This document shows positions 20,193-31,109 of a DNA stretch of 64,000 nt, one piece after another. The position numbers were made by a program, and so were the translations under genes. Every line of letters starts with the position of its first letter. Positions within the stretch are counted from its first letter, which is position 1. The DNA is from Pseudomonadota bacterium (lineage in GTDB: Bacteria; Desulfobacterota; Desulfobacteria; Desulfobacterales; RPRI01). Location: the NCBI GenBank assembly GCA_043825875.1, contig JBDRRF010000049.1, positions 27,904 through 91,903 on the forward strand. Reading direction: 5' to 3'. The notes under the pieces are model-generated. The model was not told the origin of the DNA, searched no databases, and saw only the letters and a list, made by a program, of their open reading frames with translations.

Positions 20193-23100
20193 TTAATTTT
20201 TAAGATTGTAGTCTTGTAAAGCTTTTACTGATAGTTTTTTACCTTTTAGTTCTTCTATTCCTCTGCAAATAGCCAAGGCTCCCGGAATTGTTGTGATGCA
20301 AGGAACATTGTATTTAATAGCCGCACGGCGTATTTCATAGCCATCGCGCATCGGTTCTGCTCCTGTTCCGGTATTTATGATAATATTAAGCTGCTTGTTT
20401 TTGATAGCATCAACTACATGAGGGCGTCCCATAGATACTTTATTAATAATTTCATTAGCTATTTTATGTTCGGAAAGATATTTGGAAGTTCCCTTTGTTG
20501 CAATGATATTAAACCCCATATCATAAAATTTTGAAGCAACGGGAATTACCGCTTTCTTGTCCGAATCCATCACGCTTATAAAGACATTTCCGGTTGTAGG
20601 TATATTCTGCCCTACCGCAAGCTGTGATTTAGCAAATGCAAGTCCGAATGAAGTATCTATTCCCATAACCTCCCCTGTGGACTTCATTTCAGGCCCAAGA
20701 AGAGTATCAACATCAGGAAATCTGTTAAAAGGAAGTGCAACTTCCTTTATAGAAATATGTGTCGGTACTTTTTCGGAAGTTATGCCAAGACCGGAAAGGC
20801 TGCGTCCCAGCATAACTTTTGTGGCAAGTTTTGCAAACGGTATGCCTGTAGCTTTGCTGACAAACGGTATTGTTCTTGAGGCTCTTGGGTTTACTTCAAT
20901 AACATAAAGCTTTTCTTCTTTGATGGCATATTGTACGTTCATAAGGCCAACAACTTTTAGCTCGGATGCCATAGCTTTTGTGGCAGCAGTAATCTGATCG
21001 ATAATAGACTGATTGATACTGTGAGGTGGAAGAACGCATGCGGAATCGCCCGAATGAACTCCGGCCGCCTCTATATGTTCCATTATTCCACAAATAATAG
21101 TTGATTTCCCGTCACAGATTGCATCCACATCAACCTCAACGGCCTCTTCCAGAAACTTGTCTATCAGCACAGGATGCAAGGGAGATGCTTCAATGGCAAT
21201 CCTTGTGAAATTTTCAAGATCCTTTCTGTTATACACTATTTTCATGGCTCTACCGCCAAGGACAAAAGATGGTCTTACAATTACGGGGTATCCAATAGTT
21301 TCGGCTATCCGGGCGGCCTCTTTTATATTTAATGCAGTTCCGTTTTCAGGTTGAACCAGGCCAAGTTTTTTCAACATGACCGTAAATTGTTCCCTGTCTT
21401 CCGCTCTGTCTATGCTTTCCGGCTGAGTGCCAATGATTGGAACACCCGCATTAAAAAGAGGTGTCGCAAGATTAAGAGGAGTTTGTCCGCCAAACTGTAC
21501 TATAACCCCGAATGGTTTCTCGGTTTCAACTATATTTAAAACATCTTCTTTTGTCAGAGGTTCAAAATAAAGTTTATCGGAAGTATCATAGTCGGTGCTG
21601 ACCGTTTCCGGATTACTGTTTACCATGATACTTTCAAGGCCTTCTTCACGGATACCAAATGATGCCTGAACACAGCAGTAATCAAATTCAATCCCCTGCC
21701 CTATTCTGTTCGGACCGCCACCAAGGATCATAATTTTTTTTCTATCCGATACTCTTGCTTCGTTTTCCTCTTCGTAAGTAGAATAATAGTATGGTGTTGC
21801 AGCCTTAAATTCGGCAGCGCAGGTGTCTACAAGTTTATATACCGGCCTTATATTAAATTTTTCACGAAGAACTTTAACGGCATCTTCTGTTGAATCTGTA
21901 AGATACGCAATCTGCACATCGGAAAATCCATAAGATTTTGCCATACGCAAAAGTTCTTCCGAAATATTTGATCCGGCATCTGCGATCTCGGCCTCAAGAT
22001 CAACTATTTGTTTTATCTGGTATAAAAACCATGGGTCAATATCTGTCAATTCAAATATTGACTGAACTGACATGCCGTTTAACAGTGCATACCGGATATA
22101 AAAAATTCTTTGTGAATTTGGGGTTGAAAGTTTTTTCTCAATTTCATTTATAGATATTTTATTTTCTTCTAAGTCGCATATATCTTTTCCATCTGCGCCA
22201 AGACCGAATCTACCGATTTCAAGTGATCTTAATCCTTTTTGCAGGGCTTCCTTAAAAGTTCTTCCGATAGCCATAGTTTCGCCGATTGATTTCATGGCGG
22301 TAGTCAAAAAATCTTTTGTTTCAGGAAATTTCTCGAAAGTAAACCTTGGTATTTTCACAACACAATAATCAAGAGTTGGTTCAAAAGAAGCAAGCGTTTC
22401 TCCGGTTATATCATTAGGTATTTCATCCAATGTGTATCCTACAGCAAGTTTTGCGGCAATTTTTGCTATTGGAAAACCGGTTGCTTTTGATGCAAGAGCT
22501 GAACTGCGTGAAACACGGGGATTCATCTCAACTACAATCATGTCTCCGTTTATTGGGTTTATTGCAAACTGCACATTAGACCCGCCGGTATCAACACCTA
22601 TTTCTCTCATGATTGCAATAGATGCATTTCGCATTATCTGGTATTCAGCATCGCTTAATGTCTGGGCCGGAGCTACCGTAATACTGTCTCCTGTATGTAT
22701 TCCCATTGGATCAAGGTTTTCAATCGAACAAATTATGACAACATTGTCATTTTTGTCCCGCATTACTTCAAGTTCATATTCTTTCCAGCCCAAAACGGAT
22801 TCTTCAAGCATTACTTGCCCGATTAAACTTGCATCAAATCCTGATTTTGCTATTAACTCAAGATCTTCAAAATTATAAGCTACTCCTCCTCCTGTGCCTC
22901 CTAAAGTAAAACTTGGCCTTACAATAACCGGAAACCCTATTTGATCCACAATTTCTATTGCCATTTCCATGTTTGTGGCAATTCCGCTTTCCGGTATCCT
23001 AAGCCCTATTCTATTCATGGCTTGGCGAAACAGGTCTCTGTCTTCTGCTTTATTTATAGACTCGACAGATGCACCGATCATCTCAACTCCGAACTTGTCC

Positions 23101-23429
23101 AAAACACCCATTTTTGCTGTTTCAATAGCTGTGTTAAGACCGGTTTGCCCGCCAAGTGTTGGTAATAGTGCATCAGGGCGTTCTTTTTCTATTATCATGG
23201 CAAGTATTTCAGGAGTGACCGGCTCAATATATGTCCTGTGGGCCATGTCAGGATCGGTCATAATTGTAGCCGGATTGCTGTTTACCAGTACAACTTCATA
23301 CCCGTCTTCTTTTAAGGCTTTACAGGCTTGAGTTCCTGAATAGTCGAATTCGCAGGCCTGGCTGATTATTATAGGACCTGCGCCAATAATAAGAATTTTC
23401 TTTATATCTGTGCGTTTAGGCATTTTCAA
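20193..23429 (-). CDS. carB: Carbamoyl-phosphate synthase large subunit
   Basis: [18 protein letters not shown], duplicated ATP-grasp domains and an MGS domain. Confidence 0.98.
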   Translation of the reverse strand: MKMPKRTDIKKILIIGAGPIIISQACEFDYSGTQACKALKEDGYEVVLVNSNPATIMTDPDMAHRTYIEPVTPEILAMIIEKERPDALLPTLGGQTGLNTAIETAKMGVLDKFGVEMIGASVESINKAEDRDLFRQAMNRIGLRIPESGIATNMEMAIEIVDQIGFPVIVRPSFTLGGTGGGVAYNFEDLELIAKSGFDASLIGQVMLEESVLGWKEYELEVMRDKNDNVVIICSIENLDPMGIHTGDSITVAPAQTLSDAEYQIMRNASIAIMREIGVDTGGSNVQFAINPINGDMIVVEMNPRVSRSSALASKATGFPIAKIAAKLAVGYTLDEIPNDITGETLASFEPTLDYCVVKIPRFTFEKFPETKDFLTTAMKSIGETMAIGRTFKEALQKGLRSLEIGRFGLGADGKDICDLEENKISINEIEKKLSTPNSQRIFYIRYALLNGMSVQSIFELTDIDPWFLYQIKQIVDLEAEIADAGSNISEELLRMAKSYGFSDVQIAYLTDSTEDAVKVLREKFNIRPVYKLVDTCAAEFKAATPYYYSTYEEENEARVSDRKKIMILGGGPNRIGQGIEFDYCCVQASFGIREEGLESIMVNSNPETVSTDYDTSDKLYFEPLTKEDVLNIVETEKPFGVIVQFGGQTPLNLATPLFNAGVPIIGTQPESIDRAEDREQFTVMLKKLGLVQPENGTALNIKEAARIAETIGYPVIVRPSFVLGGRAMKIVYNRKDLENFTRIAIEASPLHPVLIDKFLEEAVEVDVDAICDGKSTIICGIMEHIEAAGVHSGDSACVLPPHSINQSIIDQITAATKAMASELKVVGLMNVQYAIKEEKLYVIEVNPRASRTIPFVSKATGIPFAKLATKVMLGRSLSGLGITSEKVPTHISIKEVALPFNRFPDVDTLLGPEMKSTGEVMGIDTSFGLAFAKSQLAVGQNIPTTGNVFISVMDSDKKAVIPVASKFYDMGFNIIATKGTSKYLSEHKIANEIINKVSMGRPHVVDAIKNKQLNIIINTGTGAEPMRDGYEIRRAAIKYNVPCITTIPGALAICRGIEELKGKKLSVKALQDYNLKN

Positions 23430-24582
23430 TTAACTTTATAAAATCATTAAAAAGATAACGGGAATCGTGAGGACCCGGAGATGCCTCCGGATGATACTGA
23501 ACGGCATAAAGAGGAAGTTTTCGATGCTTAAAGCCTTCCAGGGTATTATCATTAAGATTTATATGGGTTGGTTCTATATCTTTCGAATTTAAGCTTTTTA
23601 TATCCACAACAAAACCATGATTCTGCGAAGTTATTTCCACTTTGCCGGTTATTAGATTTTTAACAGGCTGATTGGCTCCCCTGTGCCCGAATTTCAATTT
23701 GTATGTTTTTCCTCCAAGAGCAAGCCCCAAAAGCTGGTGCCCCAGACAAATGCCAAATATCGGCCTGTATTCCAGAAGTGACCTGATTGTATCTATTGCA
23801 TACGATACAGGTTCAGGATCTCCCGGACCATTTGAAAGAAAAATTCCATCAGGAGAAATCGCCTTGACAACCTTTGCATCAGTTGAAGCAGGCACAACCA
23901 ATACTTCAAAGCCTGCATTTTCAAGACATCTTAAAATGTTATATTTTATTCCAAAATCAAAAGCCAATACACAATATTTCTTATTCTTCTTCCATATAGA
24001 TTTATCTAATTTTGTGGTTTCCGGATTTAAGGGATAAATTTTTCCTTCAGACCAGAAATAAGGTTTATTAGTTGCAACTCTTTGAACAAGATCTATTCCA
24101 ACCATGCTTGGTATGCTTTTAGCTTTTTTTACAAGAGAAGACGGATCCGTATCAAGCGTTGAAATATAAGCTCTCATAGCCCCGGTGTCTCTGATATGTC
24201 TTGTAACGGCTCGGGTATCAACATCTTCAATTCCAAGTATGTTTTCATGAATAAGATAATCCCTTAAAGATCCTGTGGATCTGAAATTGCTTGGAATATC
24301 CTGATATTCCTTAACTACAAATGCAGACACCTGTATTTTGGCGGACTCAATATCCTCATGATTTACACCATAATTTCCTATCAGAGGATATGTCATAGTA
24401 ACCATCTGGCCGCTATATGAAGGATCTGTAATTACTTCCTGGTATCCGGTCATGCTGGTATTAAACACAATTTCTCCAAAGGCCTCACCTTCTCCTGTAA
24501 AACTTCTACAGGCAAAGGTTCTTCCGTCTTCAAGAGCAAGCAGTGCTTTTTTTTTGTTTTCTTTCATATTATTATCAAACAA
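23416..24582 (-). CDS. carA: Carbamoyl-phosphate synthase small subunit (start may be the ATG at 24567)
   Basis: [25 protein letters not shown] and [12 protein letters not shown]. Confidence 0.98.
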   Translation of the reverse strand: MFDNNMKENKKKALLALEDGRTFACRSFTGEGEAFGEIVFNTSMTGYQEVITDPSYSGQMVTMTYPLIGNYGVNHEDIESAKIQVSAFVVKEYQDIPSNFRSTGSLRDYLIHENILGIEDVDTRAVTRHIRDTGAMRAYISTLDTDPSSLVKKAKSIPSMVGIDLVQRVATNKPYFWSEGKIYPLNPETTKLDKSIWKKNKKYCVLAFDFGIKYNILRCLENAGFEVLVVPASTDAKVVKAISPDGIFLSNGPGDPEPVSYAIDTIRSLLEYRPIFGICLGHQLLGLALGGKTYKLKFGHRGANQPVKNLITGKVEITSQNHGFVVDIKSLNSKDIEPTHINLNDNTLEGFKHRKLPLYAVQYHPEASPGPHDSRYLFNDFIKLIENA

Positions 24583-24649
24583 GATTTTAAGGGTTGAACG
24601 GTTTTATAAAAAACCTGGCAATTTCTATCACGTATAATTATTTAATCAA

Positions 24650-24791
24650 GAGCCAATTTCAAAACGTTTCAGTTTGGTCAAGCTCAAGGCGGGAGAAAAT
24701 TTCAACCACAGGAATACATTTAGTATTTCGAGGATTGAAATTTGAGCCCAACGCAGAGATCGGCCAAAATGGGGCGTTTTGGAACTGGCTC
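24650..24791 (+). mobile_element. MITE copy 3 (142 bp)
   Basis: Same family; TSD TCAA. Confidence 0.92.
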
Positions 24792-24800
24792 TCAAGACTT

Positions 24801-25217
24801 TCATTTAATGATTTTTATAATTTCATCAAGTAAAGGAGGTTTTAAAATCCTCCATTTAGGTTTGATTGCCATACCGTCATGCCACATGAACTCAACAGCC
24901 TCAAAGGTTTCAGGTATAATATGTTCGTTTTTTTCTCCATAATATTTTACCGGATAATATTCAATCCAGAGCATACGGTGATAATCTATTTTAAAATCAT
25001 ATGTCACCATTGTAGCGATATGACCTGCACAGCTTCTAACCGACATTTTGCTTTCAGGGACATCCGATACAATAATGATGATCGGGTGTAAAAGCAAAAC
25101 CCCTTTTTTCGCCCCTTTTTTCAGGTCATATATGCGAAGCCAACACTTGCCGCTTGCAAGATTCAGCTTGCCGCCCCAACCCTTCCATGAATATATTTTA
25201 TCATGTATAAGCATCAT
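24801..25217 (-). CDS. Hypothetical protein
   Basis: 138 aa ORF, co-oriented with its neighbours and with protein-like composition; no recognised motif. Confidence 0.65.
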   Translation of the reverse strand: MMLIHDKIYSWKGWGGKLNLASGKCWLRIYDLKKGAKKGVLLLHPIIIIVSDVPESKMSVRSCAGHIATMVTYDFKIDYHRMLWIEYYPVKYYGEKNEHIIPETFEAVEFMWHDGMAIKPKWRILKPPLLDEIIKIIK

Positions 25218-25222
25218 ATCTG

Positions 25223-25238
25223 ATTTTGAAACTGGCTC
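25223..25238 (+). repeat. Isolated MITE terminus (16 bp)
   Basis: ATTTTGAAACTGGCTC matches the MITE right TIR. Confidence 0.65.
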
Positions 25239-25311
25239 TATTGTTTATAGTGTTTTTAACAATATAATTATGCATTATATATTGGTCAACTATTTGAGGT
25301 CTATCCTGTAT

Positions 25312-25572
25312 TTAAAATCCAAGGTCTTTTATCAGATCTCCCCAGGGAATTGGCTCATCAGGTTCATTGATTTCATTTTTATCTTTGTTTGCGTCTTTAA
25401 TATCAATTTGCTCCTTAATTTCCTGAAGCAGTTTAAGTTCTTTCATTGAAACAAGAGCAGCTATAGGCTCACCTCTTTTTGTCAGAACAAAAGACTCATC
25501 ATTATATGCTACGCGGTTAATAATATCAGAAAATTGTTTTCTGGCATCAGCAATTGTTATTTTATTAAACAT
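25312..25572 (-). CDS. Phd/YefM-family antitoxin (no adjacent toxin)
   Basis: ITIADARKQFSDIINRV..ESFVLTKRGEPIAALVS. Confidence 0.9.
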   Translation of the reverse strand: MFNKITIADARKQFSDIINRVAYNDESFVLTKRGEPIAALVSMKELKLLQEIKEQIDIKDANKDKNEINEPDEPIPWGDLIKDLGF

Positions 25573-25592
25573 ATAAATATCCTCATAACCGG

Positions 25593-28406
25593 CTATTGTT
25601 TGGTCAATGTCCCGTATATTTTCAATAATCTGTCCGGAAGATCACGGACATCAGATATGATATTGTGATTATATTGACCGTAAAGATCATCCAGTCTCAT
25701 ATCCATAGCTGCATCAACTGTAATTGCCCTGACACATATATTTTTCGACTGGGCTTCAAACACGGCCTTGCGGGTATCTTCAATTGCATAGTTTTGTTTA
25801 TAATCGGTATCATTTGGGAAACCATCACTTATTATTACAAGAAGACGTGTTTTAGATGCCGTATTTTCAAGCCTTGATACCCCATGACGTATAGCAGCAC
25901 CCATTCTGGTTCTTCTTTGTGGAAAAATCGCATTAATTTTGTTAATTATATTTTCATCCATGTTTTCGGAAAATGTTTTTATATTAAAATAATCCACTCC
26001 CGATCTCCCTGTTCCCGAAAACCCGGCGATAGCAAAATTATCCTGTGCCGTAGTAAGTGCTTCGCAAAAAAGAACAACTGCTTCTTTAATTATATCATGA
26101 ACAGTTTTAGATGATTGAGCTATAAGAGTTGAAGTGGAACGTGAAAGATCTACAAGAAGAAGTACTGCTATATCCCTTTGATGTTTTATCCGCTTTAAAT
26201 ATAATTTGTCTGTTGGAATCATACCTGCTTTTTTATCAATTACATATTCGGGAAGAGCACACAAATCAAATTCATCTCCTTCAATCCATCTCTTTAAGAT
26301 TTTTATTTCATCAGGCCTTAAATATTCAAACTCTCTTCTAATCCTTTTTACCGTTTTCGGATAGGCATTTAAAACATTTGAATAAAAAGCGCTTTTAAAC
26401 CCTTCCACTTCTCTTTCATGTACTCTTACATGATCATGAAGATAATCGCATAAATTAGCATCCCATTCACGATATTTAAAAACGGTTGAATCATTATAAT
26501 CATCGAAAGAATACTGATACTTCTCCCCTTCATTTAACCCTGAGATTAAATCAAAAGGTAAATCGGCGGGGTCTTGTGTGTATCCGGTTTGGTTTTGTGC
26601 AGATAAAGTTTTAGAAGAAGTTATAATATCTTTAAGATCATCATTTGAAACAGCACCTTTGTTTTTTATAAGCTTTTTCATTATCTCGGATTTAAAAACG
26701 CGTATTTTTTTCTTTTCAAGTGCGGACTTTATGGCAAGGCTTATCTCTTCATATTTTTTATTTGAAGTAAAATACATGTCCTGCCTTAAAGAAAGACCAA
26801 AGGGCATTTTGAGCTTTTTATAATCATTAAGGTTTTCTTTATTGGGCTTGTTTTTTTTCAGGAATCCTTCAACTAAGTTATACGTATGAAAAACGCTCAC
26901 AGCGCATGCTTCGATACAATTATTTTTTTCAACTTCATTTTTAAAAATATCGGAAATTTCCGATATCAAATTTTTTATTTTATCTTCTGCTTCAAATACA
27001 TCAAAGTCAATTTGTCCCAAAGCCATACGGATATATAACAGAAGAAGAAATGGTTCCGGATATTTGTTTTTTAATAATATTTTTAATTCATTATAGATCA
27101 AAGGATATGAAGTTCTTACAAGGCCAGGGTATGTTTCAAGATTAAGGATTCTTATACGGCCATGTTCAAATATATTAAAAAGATCTGATGCAAGTTGCTT
27201 TACAGGAAAAAGCATGAAAAATTTATCAAGATCGTGGCAATCATAATTTTGCGTATTATCAGTTAATTCATAATTTTTCTTTTCCGAAATATTGTACATT
27301 TCTTTCAGAAGAAAAGATAACTCCATGGCTTTTTCTATATCGAATTCAAATGAGCCGTACTCATAATAACCTGATTCAAGTCTTACAAGGCATTTATAAA
27401 GGTTGCGGTTCTTATCAAAAGTATCGCAAATATTTATTTCATCGGGGAGATAAATTGTTTTTCCATCGGAAAAAACAAATGGTCTGTCACCATACTCATT
27501 TTTTATTTCATTACGCAAAATTTTCGGAAATTGAGAAAGCTGACGAATAGATATCCCGCGGCCTGTTTTAGCCTTTAAGTACATTGTAAGTTGTAATCTA
27601 ACATCTGCAAGAACAGCAGAGGTTTTCAGGTTTTGACAGACATCTTTTCCGAACTTGGATTTAAGAGCTATAAATTTTGCGCCAAGAAACTTATCTATTT
27701 CATATTTGTTTAATCCTATGGATATAAATTCTTCCAGTGCTTCATCCGATAAAATATATAGCCCTTGTTCAAGGCCGTCAAAGTATGAATCTATAAGATT
27801 ATAATCTATACAAAGTATTTTTTGAAGCTGCTTGATCTGGACAAGTCTTTTTGATGGAAGAAAAGACAAAACCGCTTTAGGCAGGGTATGAGCGAAATTA
27901 CGGCATTCATTGTATGTTAAGTCTTTTAAAAAAAAGGTTTTAAGGATTTCAAAATATACCGAACATGCATCACCGTCTTTTTGATCAAGCAAAATATTAA
28001 CAGCTTTAAGCGGCTCTGTTAATGTATAAGTCCCTTTTTTATGCATTATTTTTATTGCTTCAAGATAGTTTTCAAGAAGACTTTCATCAGCATATGAAAG
28101 AACGGGAACAAGATGCTCGGCCATTATCCGCGCAAATGTCGGACCATCTTCGGCGCTTTTGCGCACAAGTTCTTTGTATATTTGAATTTTATCAGATTCT
28201 ACACTTCCCAAAAGCTTGACATAACCTTCAGATACAACAACTCCGAAAGAATATTCAACAGATAGCGCCCAGATTATTTCATCAATAAAAATTCCGGCAA
28301 TCTCTTCCGATATACTTATCTGTTTTCTGCTCAAACCTTCATTTACAACCTTAGCAATTTCAGGATCAGCAAAAGCAATTTCTTTTACAATATTTTGTAT
28401 CTGCAT
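25593..28406 (-). CDS. NorD/CbbO-like vWA-domain protein
   Basis: SDGKTIYLP, FEHGRI, YREWD, MIDAS DLSRS, TRMGAAIRH, ISDGFPND and AIEDTRKAV. The ATG at 28406 is preferred over the TTG at 28415. Confidence 0.85.
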   Translation of the reverse strand: MQIQNIVKEIAFADPEIAKVVNEGLSRKQISISEEIAGIFIDEIIWALSVEYSFGVVVSEGYVKLLGSVESDKIQIYKELVRKSAEDGPTFARIMAEHLVPVLSYADESLLENYLEAIKIMHKKGTYTLTEPLKAVNILLDQKDGDACSVYFEILKTFFLKDLTYNECRNFAHTLPKAVLSFLPSKRLVQIKQLQKILCIDYNLIDSYFDGLEQGLYILSDEALEEFISIGLNKYEIDKFLGAKFIALKSKFGKDVCQNLKTSAVLADVRLQLTMYLKAKTGRGISIRQLSQFPKILRNEIKNEYGDRPFVFSDGKTIYLPDEINICDTFDKNRNLYKCLVRLESGYYEYGSFEFDIEKAMELSFLLKEMYNISEKKNYELTDNTQNYDCHDLDKFFMLFPVKQLASDLFNIFEHGRIRILNLETYPGLVRTSYPLIYNELKILLKNKYPEPFLLLLYIRMALGQIDFDVFEAEDKIKNLISEISDIFKNEVEKNNCIEACAVSVFHTYNLVEGFLKKNKPNKENLNDYKKLKMPFGLSLRQDMYFTSNKKYEEISLAIKSALEKKKIRVFKSEIMKKLIKNKGAVSNDDLKDIITSSKTLSAQNQTGYTQDPADLPFDLISGLNEGEKYQYSFDDYNDSTVFKYREWDANLCDYLHDHVRVHEREVEGFKSAFYSNVLNAYPKTVKRIRREFEYLRPDEIKILKRWIEGDEFDLCALPEYVIDKKAGMIPTDKLYLKRIKHQRDIAVLLLVDLSRSTSTLIAQSSKTVHDIIKEAVVLFCEALTTAQDNFAIAGFSGTGRSGVDYFNIKTFSENMDENIINKINAIFPQRRTRMGAAIRHGVSRLENTASKTRLLVIISDGFPNDTDYKQNYAIEDTRKAVFEAQSKNICVRAITVDAAMDMRLDDLYGQYNHNIISDVRDLPDRLLKIYGTLTKQ

Positions 28407-28457
28407 ACTATACAACGCCGTCAGGGGGTGTTAAATTTATTTTGAGATAGTTTGTTT

Positions 28458-29993
28458 TTATATTATTGAAGGCAGCCCTTTCACATTCGGAAGGCAGAAG
28501 GAAAACTCGCTTTCGATACCGCACTTTGCACATATATACTTTACAACTACGGATCTGCACTTTAGTGCATCCTGAATATCGGATTCTGGCTTTAAAGATC
28601 CGCCGCATAAACACGTACAAGGAACCACAAGTATGCATACAATCCCTGCTATATCTTCCTCAATGATGTTAAATTCGCCAAGTCCGAGCATCTTCCATTC
28701 TTCTAAAAGCTCTGTGTAAAACCTGCGAGTCCTGATGCTTCGTTCCCGTGCGATGAATCTGCCGGTTGCAGTTGTTAATGTATCCGGAGCATGATAGGCA
28801 TATGTCAACTCTATACTGGTTCGAATTAACAAATCATCATCCAAAAACTGCCGCCTCAGTGCATTCTTTGCGAAAAACTGGGCAACCCCCATATTTCCCA
28901 GTTTATCTATACGATCCGCATCGTATAAGACTCTGCCGATATCATTGGTTGCCTCACCCTCCAGATATGTTGATAGTATGGCTTCTCTGATTTCAGGAAT
29001 CCATTTTTCATAGATTGTACCTGAAAGGATTGTTGCTGCAAATTGAACCGCATTTTCTTCTTCAGGCATATCGTTTTCATGATAGCTTCCGTGTGCAAAC
29101 TTTCCAATATCATGCAACAGGCCGGCAAGCAGGGCCGGCTCTACTTCCAACCCTTCGGCTTTTGCGATGTAATGGGCTATACGACCGACTCTGGAGCCGT
29201 GGGACCAAAGACTGGAAAATACTTCATCTGTAATATTATTTTGATAAGTGGTTTCCTGTTCTATCAATGTCCTGCGAATTTCCTGTAAAACATCAGGTGT
29301 TATGGATTTTAGAGTGTCCTGCCCCCATTCACCTCTTTTAAGTTGAAAGTAATTATTGTGTTCAGGGTCTTGCATCTTTTTACTTTGTGTAAGACAGTGC
29401 TGATAGTCTTCTATCGTATTTATATTAATAAAGGCCGTATCGGTTTCTTTTAACAGGCCTTTTTCTATGAACCAGTCTTTGTCCAGATAAAGAGTATTAT
29501 ATCGATGTGTCAGCATTTCGACTTTTAAGAGATTGGCTTCAAGATTTTCCCGCATCCCCGGCAAACAGTGTTTACTGTAAAAAGCATGCAGGAACTCTGG
29601 TCTTATCCCCGGACAGGGAATAATGATGTCGGATTTACCAAGTTCAAGAGACATTGACAAAATGATCTCTTTGCTCAGAAAAGGCATATCCGCTGCACAC
29701 ACAAACGCTGCTTCATGCTTTGTCTTTTGCAATCCGCTATAGATACCCATCAGAGGGCCGCAGCCCATACGTTCATCGGAAACATATGGTAGATTTAGCA
29801 TTTCATATTTTTCCGGAGTATTGGTAACTATAAGAACTTCTTCAAACAGCAAAGTAACCAGATTTGCCGTCCGTTCAATAATCGATTTCCCGTTTATCTC
29901 CAGAAGAGGTTTATCCGGCGAAAGCCTCCTGCCCTGCCCTCCTGCCAGGATCAAGCAAGCGGCGTTTATTTTTTTCGTATTTGAATCAATCAT
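28458..29993 (-). CDS. Fusion of MobA-like NTP-transferase, HD hydrolase and Cys-rich tail
   Basis: ILAGGQGRRL..DKPLL, GPLMGIYSGL and CAADMPF; H..RV...LLHDIGK...LYDADRID; CTCLCGG...CAKC. Confidence 0.82.
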   Translation of the reverse strand: MIDSNTKKINAACLILAGGQGRRLSPDKPLLEINGKSIIERTANLVTLLFEEVLIVTNTPEKYEMLNLPYVSDERMGCGPLMGIYSGLQKTKHEAAFVCAADMPFLSKEIILSMSLELGKSDIIIPCPGIRPEFLHAFYSKHCLPGMRENLEANLLKVEMLTHRYNTLYLDKDWFIEKGLLKETDTAFININTIEDYQHCLTQSKKMQDPEHNNYFQLKRGEWGQDTLKSITPDVLQEIRRTLIEQETTYQNNITDEVFSSLWSHGSRVGRIAHYIAKAEGLEVEPALLAGLLHDIGKFAHGSYHENDMPEEENAVQFAATILSGTIYEKWIPEIREAILSTYLEGEATNDIGRVLYDADRIDKLGNMGVAQFFAKNALRRQFLDDDLLIRTSIELTYAYHAPDTLTTATGRFIARERSIRTRRFYTELLEEWKMLGLGEFNIIEEDIAGIVCILVVPCTCLCGGSLKPESDIQDALKCRSVVVKYICAKCGIESEFSFCLPNVKGLPSII

Positions 29994-30023
29994 ATATATT
30001 TATCACCAAAAAAAAAGAACACA

Positions 30024-30165
30024 GAGCCAGTTTCAAAACGCCACATTTTGGCCGATCTCTGCGTTGGGCTCAAATTTTAATCCTCGAAATACTAAATGTA
30101 TTCCTGTGGTTGAAATTTTCTCCCGCCTTGAGCTTGACCAAAATGAAACGTTTTGTAAGTGGCTC
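30024..30165 (-). mobile_element. MITE copy 4 (142 bp, no TSD)
   Basis: Same family, but the flanks CACA and CTTA do not match. Confidence 0.9.
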
Positions 30166-30186
30166 CTTAGTTTCATAAAGTTGGAC

Positions 30187-30474
30187 TCATGCAGCTTCAA
30201 TCCGTTTTAAATTTTCAATATTAATAGATTTTCTTGTTTTCCAGAGATCGTATTGAATCTGGAGTCTGAGCCATCCTTCAGGTGTGCGGCCAAATACTTT
30301 TGATAATCTTAATGCCATTTCAGGGCTAATGCCTGATCGACCATTTAACAGCGCTGAAAAAGTTTTTCTTGTAACCCCAAGTTCTCTGGCTGCATCCGTT
30401 ACATTAATTTTTAGTGCCTCAACACAAAACTCTCTTATGATCTCGCCCGGATGTGGCGGATTATGCATAGCCAT
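30187..30474 (-). CDS. higA: HigA-family antitoxin
   Basis: [38 protein letters not shown]. Confidence 0.93.
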   Translation of the reverse strand: MAMHNPPHPGEIIREFCVEALKINVTDAARELGVTRKTFSALLNGRSGISPEMALRLSKVFGRTPEGWLRLQIQYDLWKTRKSINIENLKRIEAA

Positions 30475-30483
30475 TTTTTCTCC

Positions 30484-30762
30484 TTAATTATGACCTTCAT
30501 AATTTACATCAAAGGCATCGCCGTTTTGAATCTTAAACGTAATACGCAAATACCTGCTTACATTAACTGCCCAAGTATCTTTCTTCTTATCTATAACCGG
30601 ATGCAATCCAAGGCCAGGCAAATCCATATCTTCGACAGTTTCAGCTGTTTCAAGGAGAGCTATAATTTCCCTGACTCGCGTTATATGCTGAGGAATGATA
30701 TAATTCGATGTATCAGATTCGTAAATTAACCAAAGCCCTTTGTATGTGAAATTTTTAATCAT
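30484..30762 (-). CDS. higB: HigB-family (RelE-like) toxin, diverged
   Basis: MIKNF..KGL, DMDLPG..LHP and W.V.V...RITF; lies upstream of higA. Confidence 0.85.
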   Translation of the reverse strand: MIKNFTYKGLWLIYESDTSNYIIPQHITRVREIIALLETAETVEDMDLPGLGLHPVIDKKKDTWAVNVSRYLRITFKIQNGDAFDVNYEGHN

Positions 30763-30770
30763 ATTGCATC

Positions 30771-30799
30771 AATGTAACCAGGTACGTGGCAGGTGTCAA
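30771..30799 (-). promoter_or_regulatory. sigma70 promoter of higBA (near-leaderless transcript)
   Basis: Minus-strand TTGACA-17 nt-TACATT ending 8 nt before the higB ATG; no SD sequence. Confidence 0.65.
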
Positions 30800-30845
30800 G
30801 GAAAAATATTGGGCTTTACTCCACCCATTCCCAATGAAGTTTTCT

Positions 30846-30922
30846 TTATTTATTTCCTTTATCAGGCAAACCCGATTTGCCGCCCAGACCTTCGCTGGCT
30901 ATAGGTTGGACATCGCGGCAGC
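30846..30922 (-). pseudogene. 3'-end remnant A of an unidentified gene (att-like)
   Basis: Encodes CRDVQPIASEGLGGKSGLPDKGNK*; homologous to 32422-32498. Confidence 0.7.
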
Positions 30923-31109
30923 TTGTTGTTGATTCCGAAATAGATAGAAAGTTTTTGATTTTAAATAAATATTGATATAAATATAAGTTATCTTAGTTAC
31001 AGATTTCCTGGAACTGGATATTAAATACCATTTTGAACTGTGATTGATAAGACTACACGACCGAATAAATAAAATTTGAGCTAAATACACTTTAGTAAAG
31101 AAAAACACA

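Noticed and set aside
24594..24942. Short ORFs across MITEs (24594-24833, 24742-24942, also 29981-30178 and the extended starts at 12841 and 40551)
   Set aside because: They read through or start in or beside repeat DNA, with no RBS or recognisable domain.
28408..28638. 76 aa ORF ending 1 nt before the vWA start, as a remnant of a lost partner gene
   Set aside because: It lies mostly in an alternative frame of the MobA-HD gene, and its unique tail is too short to assign.
30865..30922. c-di-GMP-I riboswitch suggested by GGCAAACC
   Set aside because: The GNRA loop and downstream GCAAAG/P2 elements are missing. The synonymous-site divergence is better explained by a coding remnant.
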